Origin: Chiloscyllium plagiosum
Lineage: Eukaryota
Reading direction: 5' to 3'
Length of the DNA stretch: 64,000 nt
NCBI RefSeq assembly: GCF_004010195.1
Contig: NC_057734.1
Span: 45,147,605 to 45,211,604 of the forward strand
The notes beneath the pieces are model-generated. The model ran no database searches. It saw only the letters and a list, made by a program, of their open reading frames with translations, and had not been told where the DNA came from. Shown here piece by piece: positions 40,000 through 52,951 of this stretch (the stretch's first letter is position 1; each line of letters starts with the position of its first letter). Position numbers and translations under genes: made by a program.

Positions 40000-40475
40000 T
40001 CTTTCTAAATTTTGCCACCATCTTCTATCTATGCTAGTACCTGATCTCTGACACCACGGACCCTTATTTTACTTAGCAGCCTCCTGTGCAGCACCTTATC
40101 AAAGGCCTTCTGGAAGTCCATCAGCTCTCCTTTGTCTAACCTGCTCCTCACCTCCTCAAAGAATTCTAACAAGTTTGTCAGGCATGACCTCCTCTTGATG
40201 AAATCGTGCTGACTTTGCCCTATTTTACCATGCACTTCTAAGTGTTCAGAAATCTCATCCTTCACAGTGGACTCCAAAATCTTACCAACGACAGAGGTCA
40301 GACTCATTGGCCTATAATTTCCCATCTTTGCCTTGCTCTCTTCTTAAACATGTGGGTTGCAGTAGTGATTTTCCAGTCATCTGGGATCCCCCTGACTCCT
40401 GTGATACCTGAAAGATCACTACTAAAGCCTCCATTATCATTTCAGCTATTTCCTTCAGAACTTCAGGATGTACCA
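40000..40475 (-). mobile_element. CR1 RT internal fragment
   Basis: NYRPMSLTSVVGK, SQHDF, SCLTNLLEFFE, DFQKAFDKV. Confidence 0.85.
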
Positions 40476-42392
40476 TGAACTTAGCTGCCAGCAACAGCTC
40501 TAAATCTCCCCCATATCTCTCACAGGGTATGACAGAAGGCAGTAATCTCCAATAACATTAGAGTGAACAGGCGAATCCCAAGTCCACCCAAGCATAACGG
40601 GAGATGAACGGGGCAGTGATCTGAGTTACACTGGCTGCTCAGCCAACTGAGCCAATCTCACCTGCTGTATCTCCTCTTCTCAGGTGAGCCAGCTATGTCT
40701 TTCTAGCTGGTGATACATTTCAACCTGAGATTGTAAATAAAGCCTGAGGACCAATTTCAAGATGCTCTAAAAACAGACTCAGAATAATGCTGAGTCCAAT
40801 AATTGGCCCCTTGGTTTTGCTTCAATTCTAAGGTTCCGTTAACTGTCAGGAGAATGGCTTGAAGAGCTTGCACTCTCTTAATCTCTTTATGTCGATTTCT
40901 CTCATCACCTTGGAAAATAATGGAAAATTAGTGTGAAAAACAACTGAAAACTACACCCAGTTGCTGAGAACTCAAGCTCATCTGCAGGTTCTGATGATAT
41001 TTTCCATCACTTTATTGATGTGCAGAGACAAGATTAGAGTCAAGATTAGAGAGGTGCTGGAAAAGCACAACAGGTCAGGCAGCATCGGGGGAGCAGGAAA
41101 ATCAATGTTTCGGGCAAAAGCCCTTCATCTGCAAAGAGTCATACTGCATGAAAACAGGCCCTTCCAACTCATGCAGTTGGAACTCATCCACGCTGACCTG
41201 GTGCCCTGAACTGAACTAGTTCCATTTGCCTGCATTTGGCCTTTATCCCTCTAAACATTCTTTATCCATGTACCTTTCCAAATGTCCTTTTAACGTAATT
41301 ACATCCAACTCTATAGTTCCTTTGGCAGCTCGTTCCATATGTGAAGCACCTTCTGTTGCTCTGCAGATCTCTTTGAAATCTTTCCTCTTTCACCTTAAAC
41401 CCAGGCCTTCTAGTTGTGGACTCCACTATCTGTCGAAAAGATCTTGGCTATTAACCTTATCTCGATTTTATAATGTCTGATTAAATTGTGCCTTCACCTT
41501 TGCTTTCCTGTCTCCCACTTACAACCTTTGAGTTGCTTGTCAAGATCAAATCAAGAATCTATCTAGCTCAACCTGAACAACAGTAAATGGCTCTACCTGC
41601 ACTGCATCATCGGGAAGGGAATTCCATTAACAAACCACATCTCTGCCTTAAATGACCAAAGCCTGATATTCAAACTGCATTCTCTAGTTCTATTCCTTCC
41701 CACAAGGAGAAACATCCTCTGACAATGCATTCTGTCAAGTCCTTTAAGATCCTTATTTGTTTTGGTAAGATTTCAGGTCACACTTCTAGACTCCAATTGA
41801 TGCAGGCCCAAAACTATCTAATCTTTCCTGACAAGCGAAATCATTCACCCTGGGATTTAGTCAAGAAACTGCTTCTAATGAACTCACATTCTTCCTTCTT
41901 CAGGACCTGTCCAAAACATCGACTCTCTTGCTCCTCAGAAGCTGCCTGACCTGCTGTGCTCATTCCAGTGACACGCTTTATCAACCTTTCACAATATTTC
42001 CAGACCATCCATAATTCTGTATTCTATCCCATTTGTAATAAGATAGAACATTCTATTTGCTTTCTTCACTATTTGCTGCATTCATATTAACAATTAACTA
42101 TTCCCATTCCAAGACACCCTGTGCAACTGAGCTCTGCAATAGGGCGTAATTCTGTGCCACTGAGCTCTGCAACAGTGACACGTTGAGTGCATTTTGAATC
42201 TGCAATGGTGCAAAACACATTTGTGTGCATTCTATCACCACCACCCCTGCCCTTACGAACTGATCAACTATGTGCTTCAGCATAATGCGGATGTGTGCAA
42301 CGAAAGGCCTTACAGAGGGATTTATGCTTTGCTTCTTCAAAGATCCTCAGGCATGTTCAGGGTCACACAAAGACACAAGACGACATAGCAGT

Positions 42393-43022
42393 TGTTCTGG
42401 AACAGGCCAGACCCCCGCAAAATATTTCAAGAAAGTAGCCAAGACCCTAACTTTGGTAATTATTTTAAGCAGGTGTTACGCAGATATTCATGGAGAGATG
42501 CAGATGGCCAACCCACTTAGTTTTAAACATAACAGAATTTAGTTCTAAGATTACCCAGTGAAACACTAACAAGAGAGAACAGAATATAGAATAACTTAAC
42601 CTATCCGAAAATCCAACAGATTATCCCATTTCAATGACGTTGTTCCAAATACCTGCAATAATCCCCATAAACACCCCTTGGCAGAAAAGGTAAAATCAAT
42701 CACAGGGTCTTACAGGAGAGAAGTCAGAGAGAGAGAGTATCAGCCTGGAGCTGCTTCTTTGGGTCCAGCATTTGTTTCATACTACTGTTAGAAACCAAAC
42801 CAGAGAAAAGCTGAGCTATGAGAACTGGCCACTCCTCTTTCATTGAATAATGGTCTTTTTGAAAACGTGAAAGCTTTCTTCCTGAGGCAGTATCTGTTAG
42901 CTATAATAAAATTGGCTCTGAAAGCCTTCAACCCCAGAATTTTCGGAATCTGTTTCTTTTACTACCTCTCAAAAAAAAAGTCAAGGGCAACATTACCTTG
43001 TTAAAGAAGTAACATTGTCACA
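42393..43022 (-). repeat. 3' LTR of Gmr1-like element
   Basis: Direct repeat of 48347-48979; PPT adjacent. Confidence 0.92.
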
Positions 43023-44625
43023 CCTTCCCCCTTTAATAAGAACGAACCATCAGCATCCAAAGATGGCTTCAGTTTAAAACTCTTTCATCCTAAATTGCTA
43101 ATATGCAACACCACACATATGCATTACATTGACAACAAGCATGCAAACAGGTACGACTACATTCTGCTTCAGTCTGTTTTACTTCTGCCACCAAATGCCT
43201 CCAATCTTCGTCCATGTCTCGTCAGTCAGTCGGCAATCACGTTTTCTCGAATTGCCATTTGCACAATTTCCAATTTGAATGGCTGTAACTACAAGCTTCA
43301 TCTAAATAGTCTGGCTTTTTGTCCTCAAATTTCTCCACAAACTTCAATGGTTATGGTCAGTGTATATGATTGTCCAAGATTCGTTACTGGCAACATAAAC
43401 ATTGAAATGTTGTAACGCCAACACCAAGTTCAAAATCTCCTTCTCAACCATCGAATATTTCTGCTGATGAATGTTCAATTTCCTGGAGAAATACCCAATA
43501 AGTCTCTCTGTCTTCTCGTCATCGTCTTGCAATAGCACAGCACCAACACCCACATCACTCACATCGATAGCCATCTGAATGGCTTTGCATAATTAGGTAT
43601 GGCTAATACAAGGGCAGTAGTTAACACAGCTTTCAGGCTGTCAAATGCCTTCTGACAGTCAGCTGTCCACTGAAACTGCCTGCCTTTCTTTAGCAATTCA
43701 GTGACAGGAGCAGGAGCAGGAGCATACTGCTAAATGTTGGTACAAATTTTCGAAAAAATCCATTGGTTTGGGAACTCTCCAATTCACTTTGTTTTTGCAT
43801 CACGTGAGGCCATTTGTCCACGTCCAACAATGTAGCCCAGGAAGGTAACTTGGGTTTTGGAAAATATACTTACAACGAGGTTATCCCCAAGCCTGCCTTC
43901 CAAACTTGATGGAAGAGGTCTGATAAATGTTTAAATGTTCCTTCCATGTGTGACTAAAAATCACCGAGTCATCGATATGCACAGCACAGTTGGACAATAT
44001 GGCAATGTCCTTATTGGTTAGTCTCTGAAATGTGGCTGGCACATTTTTCATGCCAAGTGGCATGACTTTAAACTAATGTAGTCTATTCACTGTTACAAAA
44101 CAGAAATTTCCTTTACCCTTTCTGCAAAGGTACCTACCAACATCCTCTAAGCAAGTCCAACTTAGAAATATAAGTTGCTTGTCCACCTTCTTAGCACAGT
44201 CTTCCAAACATGGAATCAAAGATGCATCAGCCTTTGTAACTGCATTGACTTTGCGATTGTCCACACATAACCATTGGTTATAATCTGGTTTTGGCACCAT
44301 TGCTATGGGTGAGCTCCAGTCACGTTAACTCACTTTGATTATGTCATCTTGGAGCACAGCATTTCCTATGTTGACATCATGCATAATTAGGTTAGTACTT
44401 CCCTGCTTATTTCCACTTATCTCACCATGTGATAGTAATAACTCTTTTAGGTCATTTAAGTTTTCCTCTGGAAGGTAACTCAATAGTTATCCCAATGTTT
44501 TGACAACTTCCTCATTGTCCAATTTAATTTAAGGAATGTCCAATTCAGAATCCTCTGATCTAGGATCTTCCCTCTGTGTTTCAATCAATACCACATTCTC
44601 TTCTTGCTTTCCTTCCCTATCAACA

Positions 44626-44940
44626 TACGACACCGTGGCACAGTGGTTAGCACTGCTGCCTCCCAGCACCAGATACCCGGGTTCAATTCCTGTCTCGGGC
44701 AACTGTCTGTGTGGAGTTTGCACATTCTCCTCTTGTCTGCGTGGGTTTCCTCTAGGTGCTTTGGTTTCTGCCCACAGTCCAAAGATATGCAGGTTAAGTG
44801 AATTGGCCTTGCTAAATTGCCTGTAGTGTTAGGAGAAGGGGTAAATGTAGAGGAATGGGTCTGGGTGTGTTGCTCTTCGGAGGATCAGTGTGGACTTGTT
44901 GGGCCGAAGGGCCTGTTTCCACGCTGTATGTAATCTAAAA
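44626..44940 (+). mobile_element. V-SINE inserted in the LTR element between integrase and RT
   Basis: A and B boxes, V-domain and tail as in 18899-19210. Confidence 0.88.
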
Positions 44941-47916
44941 TAACTTTTCAGCATATTCTCATGGCACACTCGGTGAGATTTCTTTTTTTCTGGAGTCCCT
45001 ATCAAGTAGTTCACCTCACTCAATTTCCTTTCAACTTGATGAGGTCCACTAAACCTCACTTTGAAAGGCTCATCTACCACTGGATGTACCTTATTTCCAA
45101 TTACAAAATTGATAAATTTTGATTTCATGTCTGCTTCTTGTTCATTGTATGCTGTGATACTTTTAAATGTTGTCTAGCCAACTCACCAAATCTATTGATT
45201 CATTCCTGAAAATTTAATATCGTCCAAATAGGTGGTCTCTGAATTGTGGCTTACCAATTTCTCCTTAACCAATTTTAACGGTCTTCCCTAAAACCTAATT
45301 CAAATGAACTGACTTTGGTCGATTCACCTGGTGCATTTCTGATCACAAAAAGCACAAATGGAATCCCCTTATCCCTGTCATCTGGATCGTTTTGAATATA
45401 AGCCCTCATATTGGTCTTTAATGCCTGATGCCACCTTTCTAGTGCTCCCTGCTTTTCTGGATTGTACGCAGTTGATTTGAATTGTTTTATTACAAAGCTG
45501 TGTATAACTTCTTTGAATAGTTCTTTTTAATGTGAAGTTTGACCCTTGATCTGATTGTGGGTAGTCCGTATCTAGTGAAAAGGTTTGAGTGATTCTTCTA
45601 CAATCCTTTTAGCTGTGATATTGCATAACGGGACGGCCTTTGGAAATCTAGTGGATACATCCATTATTATCAGCAAATACTGATACCCAATTTTTGTTTG
45701 AGGTAGGGGTCCTACACAATCAATTAAAACTTTTGTAAAAGGTTCCTCAAATGCAGGAATAGGTATTAAAGGTGTAGATTTTATTACTGCCTGTAGTTTT
45801 CCAATTACCTGACATGCATAATATGTCTGGCAAAATATAACTACATCCTTATGCATTCCAGGCCAGCAAAAATGTTTTTGCATTTTAGCTTGACATTTGC
45901 TCACTCCTAATTGATCCCCTAGTGGCAGCTCATGTGCCACTCGTAATACCTCCGTTCTATTACCTAAATTGCAACACAATTTGATGAACTTCTGCCCATT
46001 TCCCATCTTGTGGAATATGTGATGGTCTCCATTTCCTCATGAAGGCATCATTTTTATGATAATAACATTCGGAGATACATTTGGATATTTTGTGTATGTC
46101 TTTTGATACAGTCACTTTAAATTTTCATGTTGCTGCTGTAACTCAGTCAATTTATCTAAGCTAAAGATGCCTGTTGTGCTATCTATCTGCTCCTGCTTTG
46201 TGTCAACCATCTGATCAAACAAGGTCCCGGCTAATTCCACTTTGACTTCTTACCTGTAATCTTTGATCTCTCCAGTTTGAACTGGTGACATTGTGACCTC
46301 TTTTCCACATAGTCAAGAAAAATCACAGGGTATGTGTCATGCAATAGTTCCATCGCCTGAACCTCCACTGGCTTTTCAAACACAATAGGCAGCCCTCCTA
46401 CCAGTGAATCAGTTGTATCATTAGCAAGGACAAACTTCATTCCTGGAGCTGAGAGTTTGTCCAGTACTTCTACCACGACTTCCCCACTCTTCACTGAACA
46501 CTTTAACCTCACTTTACATAATTAAGCGCCTCTTGTCTGACTGTAAATTCCTGTAACTAGTACCTTTTCTGGCAATAGTCCTTCAGAAGTATATATCTCC
46601 TCATTTTTCAGCATCACTGATTGAAAAGATCCTGCGTCTCTTAATATTGTAACCCCTTTACCTGCTGCTCCTGGGCTATGTGAGTAAACTTTACCTTCGC
46701 AGGTAGATGATTTAAGAAGACCTGGCACTTCCTCCTTTACCAACCTCTGACCAGCTTGTGCATTTTGGTGTGGTTTTCTAGCCTCCACTGTGCGTTGTTA
46801 CCACTCCAATAAAATTAACTGGCTTATCCTGTTTCCTGCATCTGGCTTCCCAGTGCTTTTTCTCATCCTTTTAACCTCTCTTTCCCCTTCAGGGGTTTTC
46901 ATTTTACCCTGTGGTAAGTTATCCTTATGGTCTTCACCAAGATCTACCTTTCCATTTCCACACGAGAACTTTTCGTTTGACCAATTTCTACCCCTCATAG
47001 ATTGAAATTGATTTTGGAAGCCAAACTTTGCTTTATGGACAAACTCATAATCATCAGCCATTTCGGCTGATAATCTTGCCGTTTTAACTCTCTGCTCTTC
47101 CACATGAGTTCTCAATACCAGGAAGTGAATTTTTGAACCCCACCAAAATAATCGTCCCTTTAAGAGCATTGCAGCTTTGCTCTATTTTCAATGCAGTTCT
47201 CCACCTATCAAATTTACTTTGTTTGATCCTTTCAAACTCAATGCAGGTTTGAGCAGTGCTCCTTCTTAGATTCCTGAAATATTGTATGTTGGCTTCTGGC
47301 AGAAGTTCCATATGCAGTTAAAGTGGCTTTCTATACTTCCTCATACGTCAAAAATGCCTCCTCTGATAGTGATGCGAATACCTCATTAGTTCTACCCACA
47401 AGTTTTGTTTGGATAAACAAAACCCACGTGATGACTGGCCACCGTACTTGTTTAGTCACCTTTTCAAATGAGATGAAAAAGGCTTCCACATTCTTCTCAT
47501 CAAATATAAGCAATGCTTGTGTATATTTGAAAAGCTTTTCAGCAGGCCTTTGGCGACCATGGGTATCTCATCCTCACGCTCTTCCTAATTAAGCTTATCT
47601 TCAGCCTTCATCTGCATCCTTTTAAGTTGACTTTCCTGTCCAAGTGCCAATTTCTAAAGTTCAACCTTTCTCTCTTTTTCTGTCTCATCTGCTAAAACAA
47701 TTTCTTTCTTTTTCTTTTTGTCTGCTTTTAATCGCAATTCCTTGTCTTTTGCTTCTAACTCAAGCTGTTCGTTTTCAACTGAAATGTAGCCATCTCCAAA
47801 GGTTCTGATGGTATTTCCAGCAATTTTAATTGCAGAGCTATTGCTGTAATTATCTCTCCTTTCCTCAGGAGGGAGACGGCTCCAACCCCACATTGTCTGC
47901 TAATTAGAGCAGCTTA

Positions 47917-48131
47917 AAGACAAAAAAACTGCAGATGCTGGAATCCAAAATATACAGACAGAAAGCTGGAAGAACACAGCAAGCCAGACAGCAGCAAGAG
48001 GTGGAGACAGTGATGTTCCAGGTGTAATATTTATTCCAGACTCAGTGGGGAATTCAAAATTTCAGGTGTAACCCTTCTTCAAGACCTGAAGAGCGGTTAC
48101 ACCTGAAAAGTTGACTTCTCCATCTCCTGAC
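47917..48131. mobile_element. Small PLE-derived fold-back insertion in gag
   Basis: Flanked by an imperfect 15-bp direct repeat AATTAGAGCAGCTTA (47902-47916) and AATTCCAGCAGCTTA (48132-48146); hammerhead-like CTGAAGAGCGGTTACACCTGAAAAGTT near 48086. Confidence 0.65.
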
Positions 48132-48346
48132 AATTCCAGCAGCTTAGCCTTACTCACCTTTTGCAAAACCCCCATGGTCACTTCTTCTACTGCCAGAAAA
48201 CTCTTGGTGATTGAAAGAGACATTGCTATTCCAAGCACTGTTCCCAGGACAAAACGCACTAACATCTATTACTCACTGCCTTCCAGTCCAACAACCCTAA
48301 TCCCAATTTGGAACTGCAGAACAAATCCAGCAAAGAGCCTCCGATC

Positions 48347-48979
48347 TGTTATGGGCCAGGCCAGACCTCCGCAAAATATTTCAAGAAAGTAACCAAGACC
48401 CTAACTTTGGTAGCTGTTTTAAGCAGGTGTAACGCAGATATTCATGGAGGGATACAGGTGGCCAACCCACTTAGTTTCAAACAAAACAGAATTTAGTTCC
48501 AAGATTACCCAGTGAAACACTAACAAAAGAGAATAGAATACAGAATAACTTAACCTATCCGAAAACCCAGCAGATTATCCCAATTTAATGATGCTGTTCC
48601 AAATACCTGCAATAATCCCCATAAACACCCCTTGGCAGAAAAGGTAAAATCAAACACAGGGTCTTACAGGAGAGGAGTCAGAGAGAGAGAGATTATCAGC
48701 CTGGAGCTGCTTCTTTGGGTCCAGCATTTGTTTCACACTACTGTTAGAAACCAAACCAAACCAGAAATAAGCTGAACTGGGAGAACTGGCCACTCCTGTT
48801 TCATCGATAGTGGTCTTTTTTAAAACTTGAAAGCCTTCTGCCTGACGCAGTATCTGTTAAATATGATCAAATTTGCTCCAAAACTCTTCAACCCCAAACA
48901 TTTCAGAGTCTGTCGTTTATGAACTCTGAAAAAATAGCCAAGGACAGCATACGCTTCTTGTTGGAGAAGCATCATCACA
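48347..48979 (-). repeat. 5' LTR of Gmr1-like element
   Basis: Direct repeat of 42393-43022; PBS-like sequence adjacent. Confidence 0.92.
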
Positions 48980-49500
48980 TAGTGAAATTCTATTCAATCA
49001 TCATTGCACTGTCCTGACCCATAGCCGGTCACTCCTGCAAACAGAAAAAAAAATCATTTTCCGAGGTGACACAACTCTCTAGACGATACATCAGTTTGAC
49101 AAAAACCAAACCAATTCATCAGCCTGCGTAACAAGACAAATATAAGCCACCACGCATAGTCATCTGGGAATACAGCTGAATGCCATCAAGCATTACCTTT
49201 AGAGAAGGTAATGTAATTTAATACCACCATCGGCAAGAAAATCAGCTACAGGCTTTATAAAAGCAAACAGCATATTTGGAAGAACTTATAAACTAACATG
49301 GATTAATTGAGTCTGAGAGTGCAGACTAAACTCAAAATGAACAATGATGTGATGATTACCACCGTTCTATATTATTCTGAGCCATGGTTCCTTCTCCGAC
49401 AACATATACACATTCTCTGCCACAATATCCTCAGGATCGACCCACCGTAGGACAATAGCACAAACACTGAAGTTTTAGAAAGATCTGACATTGGCACCAT
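48980..49500 (+). mobile_element. Ancient RTE-like LINE remnant
   Basis: Degenerate translations resembling ISLTKTK..HQP, KANSIFGR, TKLK...ITT.LY.SE.W of RTE ORF2. Confidence 0.5.
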
Positions 49501-50505
49501 CGAGGTCAATCATGTCACCTCAAGGGCATCCCTGCAGGAATTCCTTGGGTTAATGTTCCAGGCACTACCATCGTCAGCTGCTTTATCAATGGCGTTCCCT
49601 CCGTCATAAGTGGGAACGTTTGCGGATCATTGCACGACTTTCAGCACATTCATGACTTCTCAGCTACTGAAGCAGTCCATGTTCAAATGCAGCAAGATCT
49701 GGACATGGCCTGGCTTAGGCTGATAGGTGGCAAGTAACATTCATGCTGCACAGATGACAGGCAATGACCATCTCCAATAACAGACAATTTAAATACTAAC
49801 CCTTGATATTCAATGGTGTTGTCATCACTGAAGCCCTGTCCATCAACACTCAGGGGGTTGCCATTGATGAGAAACTGAGATGGACTCACTAAATAAATAC
49901 AGCAGCTACAAGAGCAGTTCAGAGGCTAGGAATACTGTCGTGAGTACTTATCCGCTGACTCCCCAAACCTGCTTATCATCTACAATTCACAAGTCGGGAG
50001 TGTGATGGAATGCTCACCACCTACCTGGGTGAAAGCAGCTCCAACTACACTAAAGAAGCTTTAAACCATCCAGAACAACGCAGGCCACTTATTTGACACC
50101 CTCTCCAATTGCATTCATTCCCTCCACCACCAAATTTCAGTAGCAGCAGTGTCTATTATCCAGAGCGTGTACTGTAGAAACTCACCAAATGCACTTACAC
50201 AGCACCTTTTAAACCCATGATCACTTCCTTCTAGAAGGAGAAGGGCGGCAGATATATGGGAACACCACGGCCTGCAAATCCCTCAAAGTCAATCACATTG
50301 CCAGCTTGGAAAAATATCACTGTTCCTTCACATTTCATCAGGTCAACATCCTGGAATCCCCACACCACACCACAGCCCTCAAGAGAGGGTCAAACCACAG
50401 CACATTGACCACAGTGGTTCATGAAGGCAGCTCACCATCACCTTCTCGAAGGCAATAAGGGATGGGTAATAAATGTTGGCCAGGCAGCTTGTCCACATAC
50501 CATGA
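49500..50505 (+). mobile_element. Old non-LTR retrotransposon 3' part (CR1/L2 group)
   Basis: Degenerate FIN...FADH, QQDLD..W...WQV.F and IYNSQV.SVME motifs; 3' tail shared with 31419-32085 and 51470-51740. Confidence 0.6.
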
Positions 50506-52342
50506 TTTTTTTTTAAACTGTTCTGCAGATGGAGAAATGCTTGTTTGAAAGGGAAGGAGGGGGGGGGGGGGGGGGGGGAAGCACTTACCTGGACAAACTT
50601 TAGAATTTGGTTGGAATTACTCTCGAAATATATGTCAGTTGTCACTTACAATCCTTGGCAGAAATCATTGTGGAGAAAGGTTTGTGCAGTTTTTTCTCTC
50701 TTCATGAATAAGTCCTTTACCATAAACAGGAATGCATCAGTATCAGGAAGAGCAGGGACAACATGCTATCCACTACCATCTGACATTGGCAACTAGTGAA
50801 TTAGATTGCTACAACTAATGAGCATCTACCAAATAATCTGTGCAATAGAAAATGGCAAGGGAAAAGTTGCTTTGACAGAAAGACTGTTTTTTTGAATGCC
50901 AATTGGTGACAAGCTTACATTCATGAGGTTCATTCAAACAAACGTTAGTCCGAAATAGTAGGTCTGGACAGATCGGCTTGATTGTACATCTGATTCAAAT
51001 AGTCAATGAAAAGGAAAAGAAACTACCATCAGCCAGTTAAAGATAGTGAATTAGGTCGCAATAGTGGTGGTTAATGTCTTGCATAGGATTGTTGGTTACT
51101 ATCTGATTCAGGATTATAGATTGCAAACAAAGTAGGAGCTTTTCAAAATGAAAAGTGTGGGTTAAAACCTGAGAGAAAACAGCATTAACCCATGTTGGCA
51201 TGGTTGCTTTGGTGCATTCAATGTAAATGCGCGGGACTGACAGGTTCTGTGATTAATATAAACAGTTGAGCCTGTTGAAATGGTTAGATTCAATGAAACA
51301 ATCTCGGACTGAGATCTCATGTAGTCCACCTGAGGGGTGTGGAAGGGTCTTCTTTAAAAAAAACAGCCTGTTTGTTTGCTTCTACATCTACATTCACTCC
51401 CATTAACATGGGCTCTCAGTGGCACCTGTGTGCACCATCGACAAACTACTTTAGAGAAATTCACGAGCCTCATTCGACAGCACCTTCCAAACTCGCCGCC
51501 ACTAATATCTAAAAGGACAAGGGCAACATATGCACGGGAAAACCACCATCTGCAAATTCCCCTCCAAGCCACTCACCATCCTGACTTAGAAATATATTGC
51601 CATTCCTTCAGTGATGCTGGGTCAAAATCCTGGAACCTCTTCATCGATCATTGGTCCACAGCAGTTGAATAACGTCGCCCACATCACCTTCTCAAAGACA
51701 GTTAGAGATAGATAATAAAAGCTGGCCTAGATATCAAAGCCTACAATCCCAGATTTCTTTTCCCTTCATATGAAGTAACTCATATGTTCCAAACAACACG
51801 GCATTAGTATTGGGAGAGACAATGTGCTGACGGCACCTCTGAAGGTGTAATGAGGTATCTTACTCCTTAATCTAATGTGAGTCACAAGGGAAATAGGATT
51901 CATTCGGCCCTATTTCGTGATACATCGGCCCTGATGAGACTTTTGGATTTTTTTTATCTACCCTGGTTTTAACTGCTTTGCCATGCAAGTGCGTACCTTC
52001 ACTTTCATTATTCTTTCTTACATTAGTTACATTCAGTGCTGTTCCTTTGTTGAATGCTAAAATCGTCGGACATTGTACCCTATGAGAAATATAAGACGTC
52101 TCTTTTTATCTATGCACACATAGATACACACACTCATAATCATCTTCAGTCTTACACACACACACACAATGACAGATACTGTTTTGGAGCATGCGGAACA
52201 GCATGTTTCTTCTGACCGTTGGGCACTTTGCACGGTAAAGCTCCGGAAGTCTTAAAGCACTGAAATCAAAACAAATTTGACTCATTTTGACAGAAATGAA
52301 AGATGCTGAAATGAATGCTGCCTTTGATGTTCGATCAATTGT

Positions 52343-52348
52343 TTTATT
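52343..52348 (-). terminator. Probable polyA signal of IgL-B
   Basis: TTTATT on + (AATAAA on -), about 280 nt after the stop codon. Confidence 0.6.
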
Positions 52349-52628
52349 GAACTGTTAAGTTGGGATAGATTCATAATGCTTCAATACTTAAGACACAATC
52401 ACATTGTTCCTGTCTCCAGATGTATACATGTAAGCTAATAATCATTGGCATTTCAGTTAACACTGCACGTTTGTAAAAAACCAGTTACTTTTACATCCGG
52501 AAGTTTCCCCCGCGATGAGCATTTTTTCAATTAACCGGAATACAAATAATTTCTACCGTATTGTTACATGGGAGGTATGAACAGGAATAAACAAGCTTTC
52601 TCAATTGAGACAAGTGGAGCTTCCGAAA

Positions 52629-52951
52629 TCACATACAGCTCGATCTCGAGATACTTGTTTGAAACGGAGTTGCTTGAGTCTCATGTTTAACCCCACAGGA
52701 GTAACGCTCGTGTAAGTTCCACTCTGAGGCTGACAGGGTCAGATAGCTGCTCACACTGAATGTATTGTCCGTCTCCTGCTGGACCCGACTGGTCTCTACA
52801 CCGTTCCCCTTGACACTGCCATCTACCGTCCACTCAATCTCCACAGCGCCCGGGTTAAAACCGCTCACCAAACACACCAGGGTCGCCGTGTTCTTTTCCG
52901 TGATTTGAACCGATGAAGGCGGAAGGAGGGATACCGATGGTTCCCGCGGAC
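52629..52951 (-). CDS. IgL-B constant exon
   Basis: Acceptor AAACAG ending 52952; C1-set domain with both core Cys and the penultimate inter-chain Cys; TGA at 52631-52629. Confidence 0.96.

Larger units (their letters stand above)
42393..48979 (-). mobile_element. Gmr1-like Ty3/gypsy LTR retrotransposon, full structure, decayed
   Basis: TG..CA LTRs at 48347-48979 (5') and 42393-43022 (3'), about 90% identical over the first ~150 nt. TSD CAGT/TAGT. PPT at 43023-43033. Degenerate tRNA-Pro-like PBS at about 48322-48344. Order on minus strand: gag (EAFFISFEK..WP), protease (ILRDAGS), integrase (VLRVAHE..HFCWPG..C..CQ, IDCVGPLP), RT (LCVDNRKVN, MPLGMKNVPATFQ, HIDD), RNase H (AIDVSDVGVGAVLLQ, GYFSRKL). 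Confidence 0.93.

Noticed and set aside
49070-49107. RSS-like CACAACT-22 nt-ACAAAAACC between the genes, oriented like a kappa-deleting element relative to IgL-B
   Set aside because: Heptamer matches only 4/7 and the nonamer lies in what looks like RTE LINE coding remnant (ISLTKTK..HQP). One perfect nonamer in 64 kb is expected by chance.
50558-50578. Poly-G run as a functional G-quadruplex
   Set aside because: Simple homopolymer next to a LINE tail; length is unreliable and there is no supporting context.
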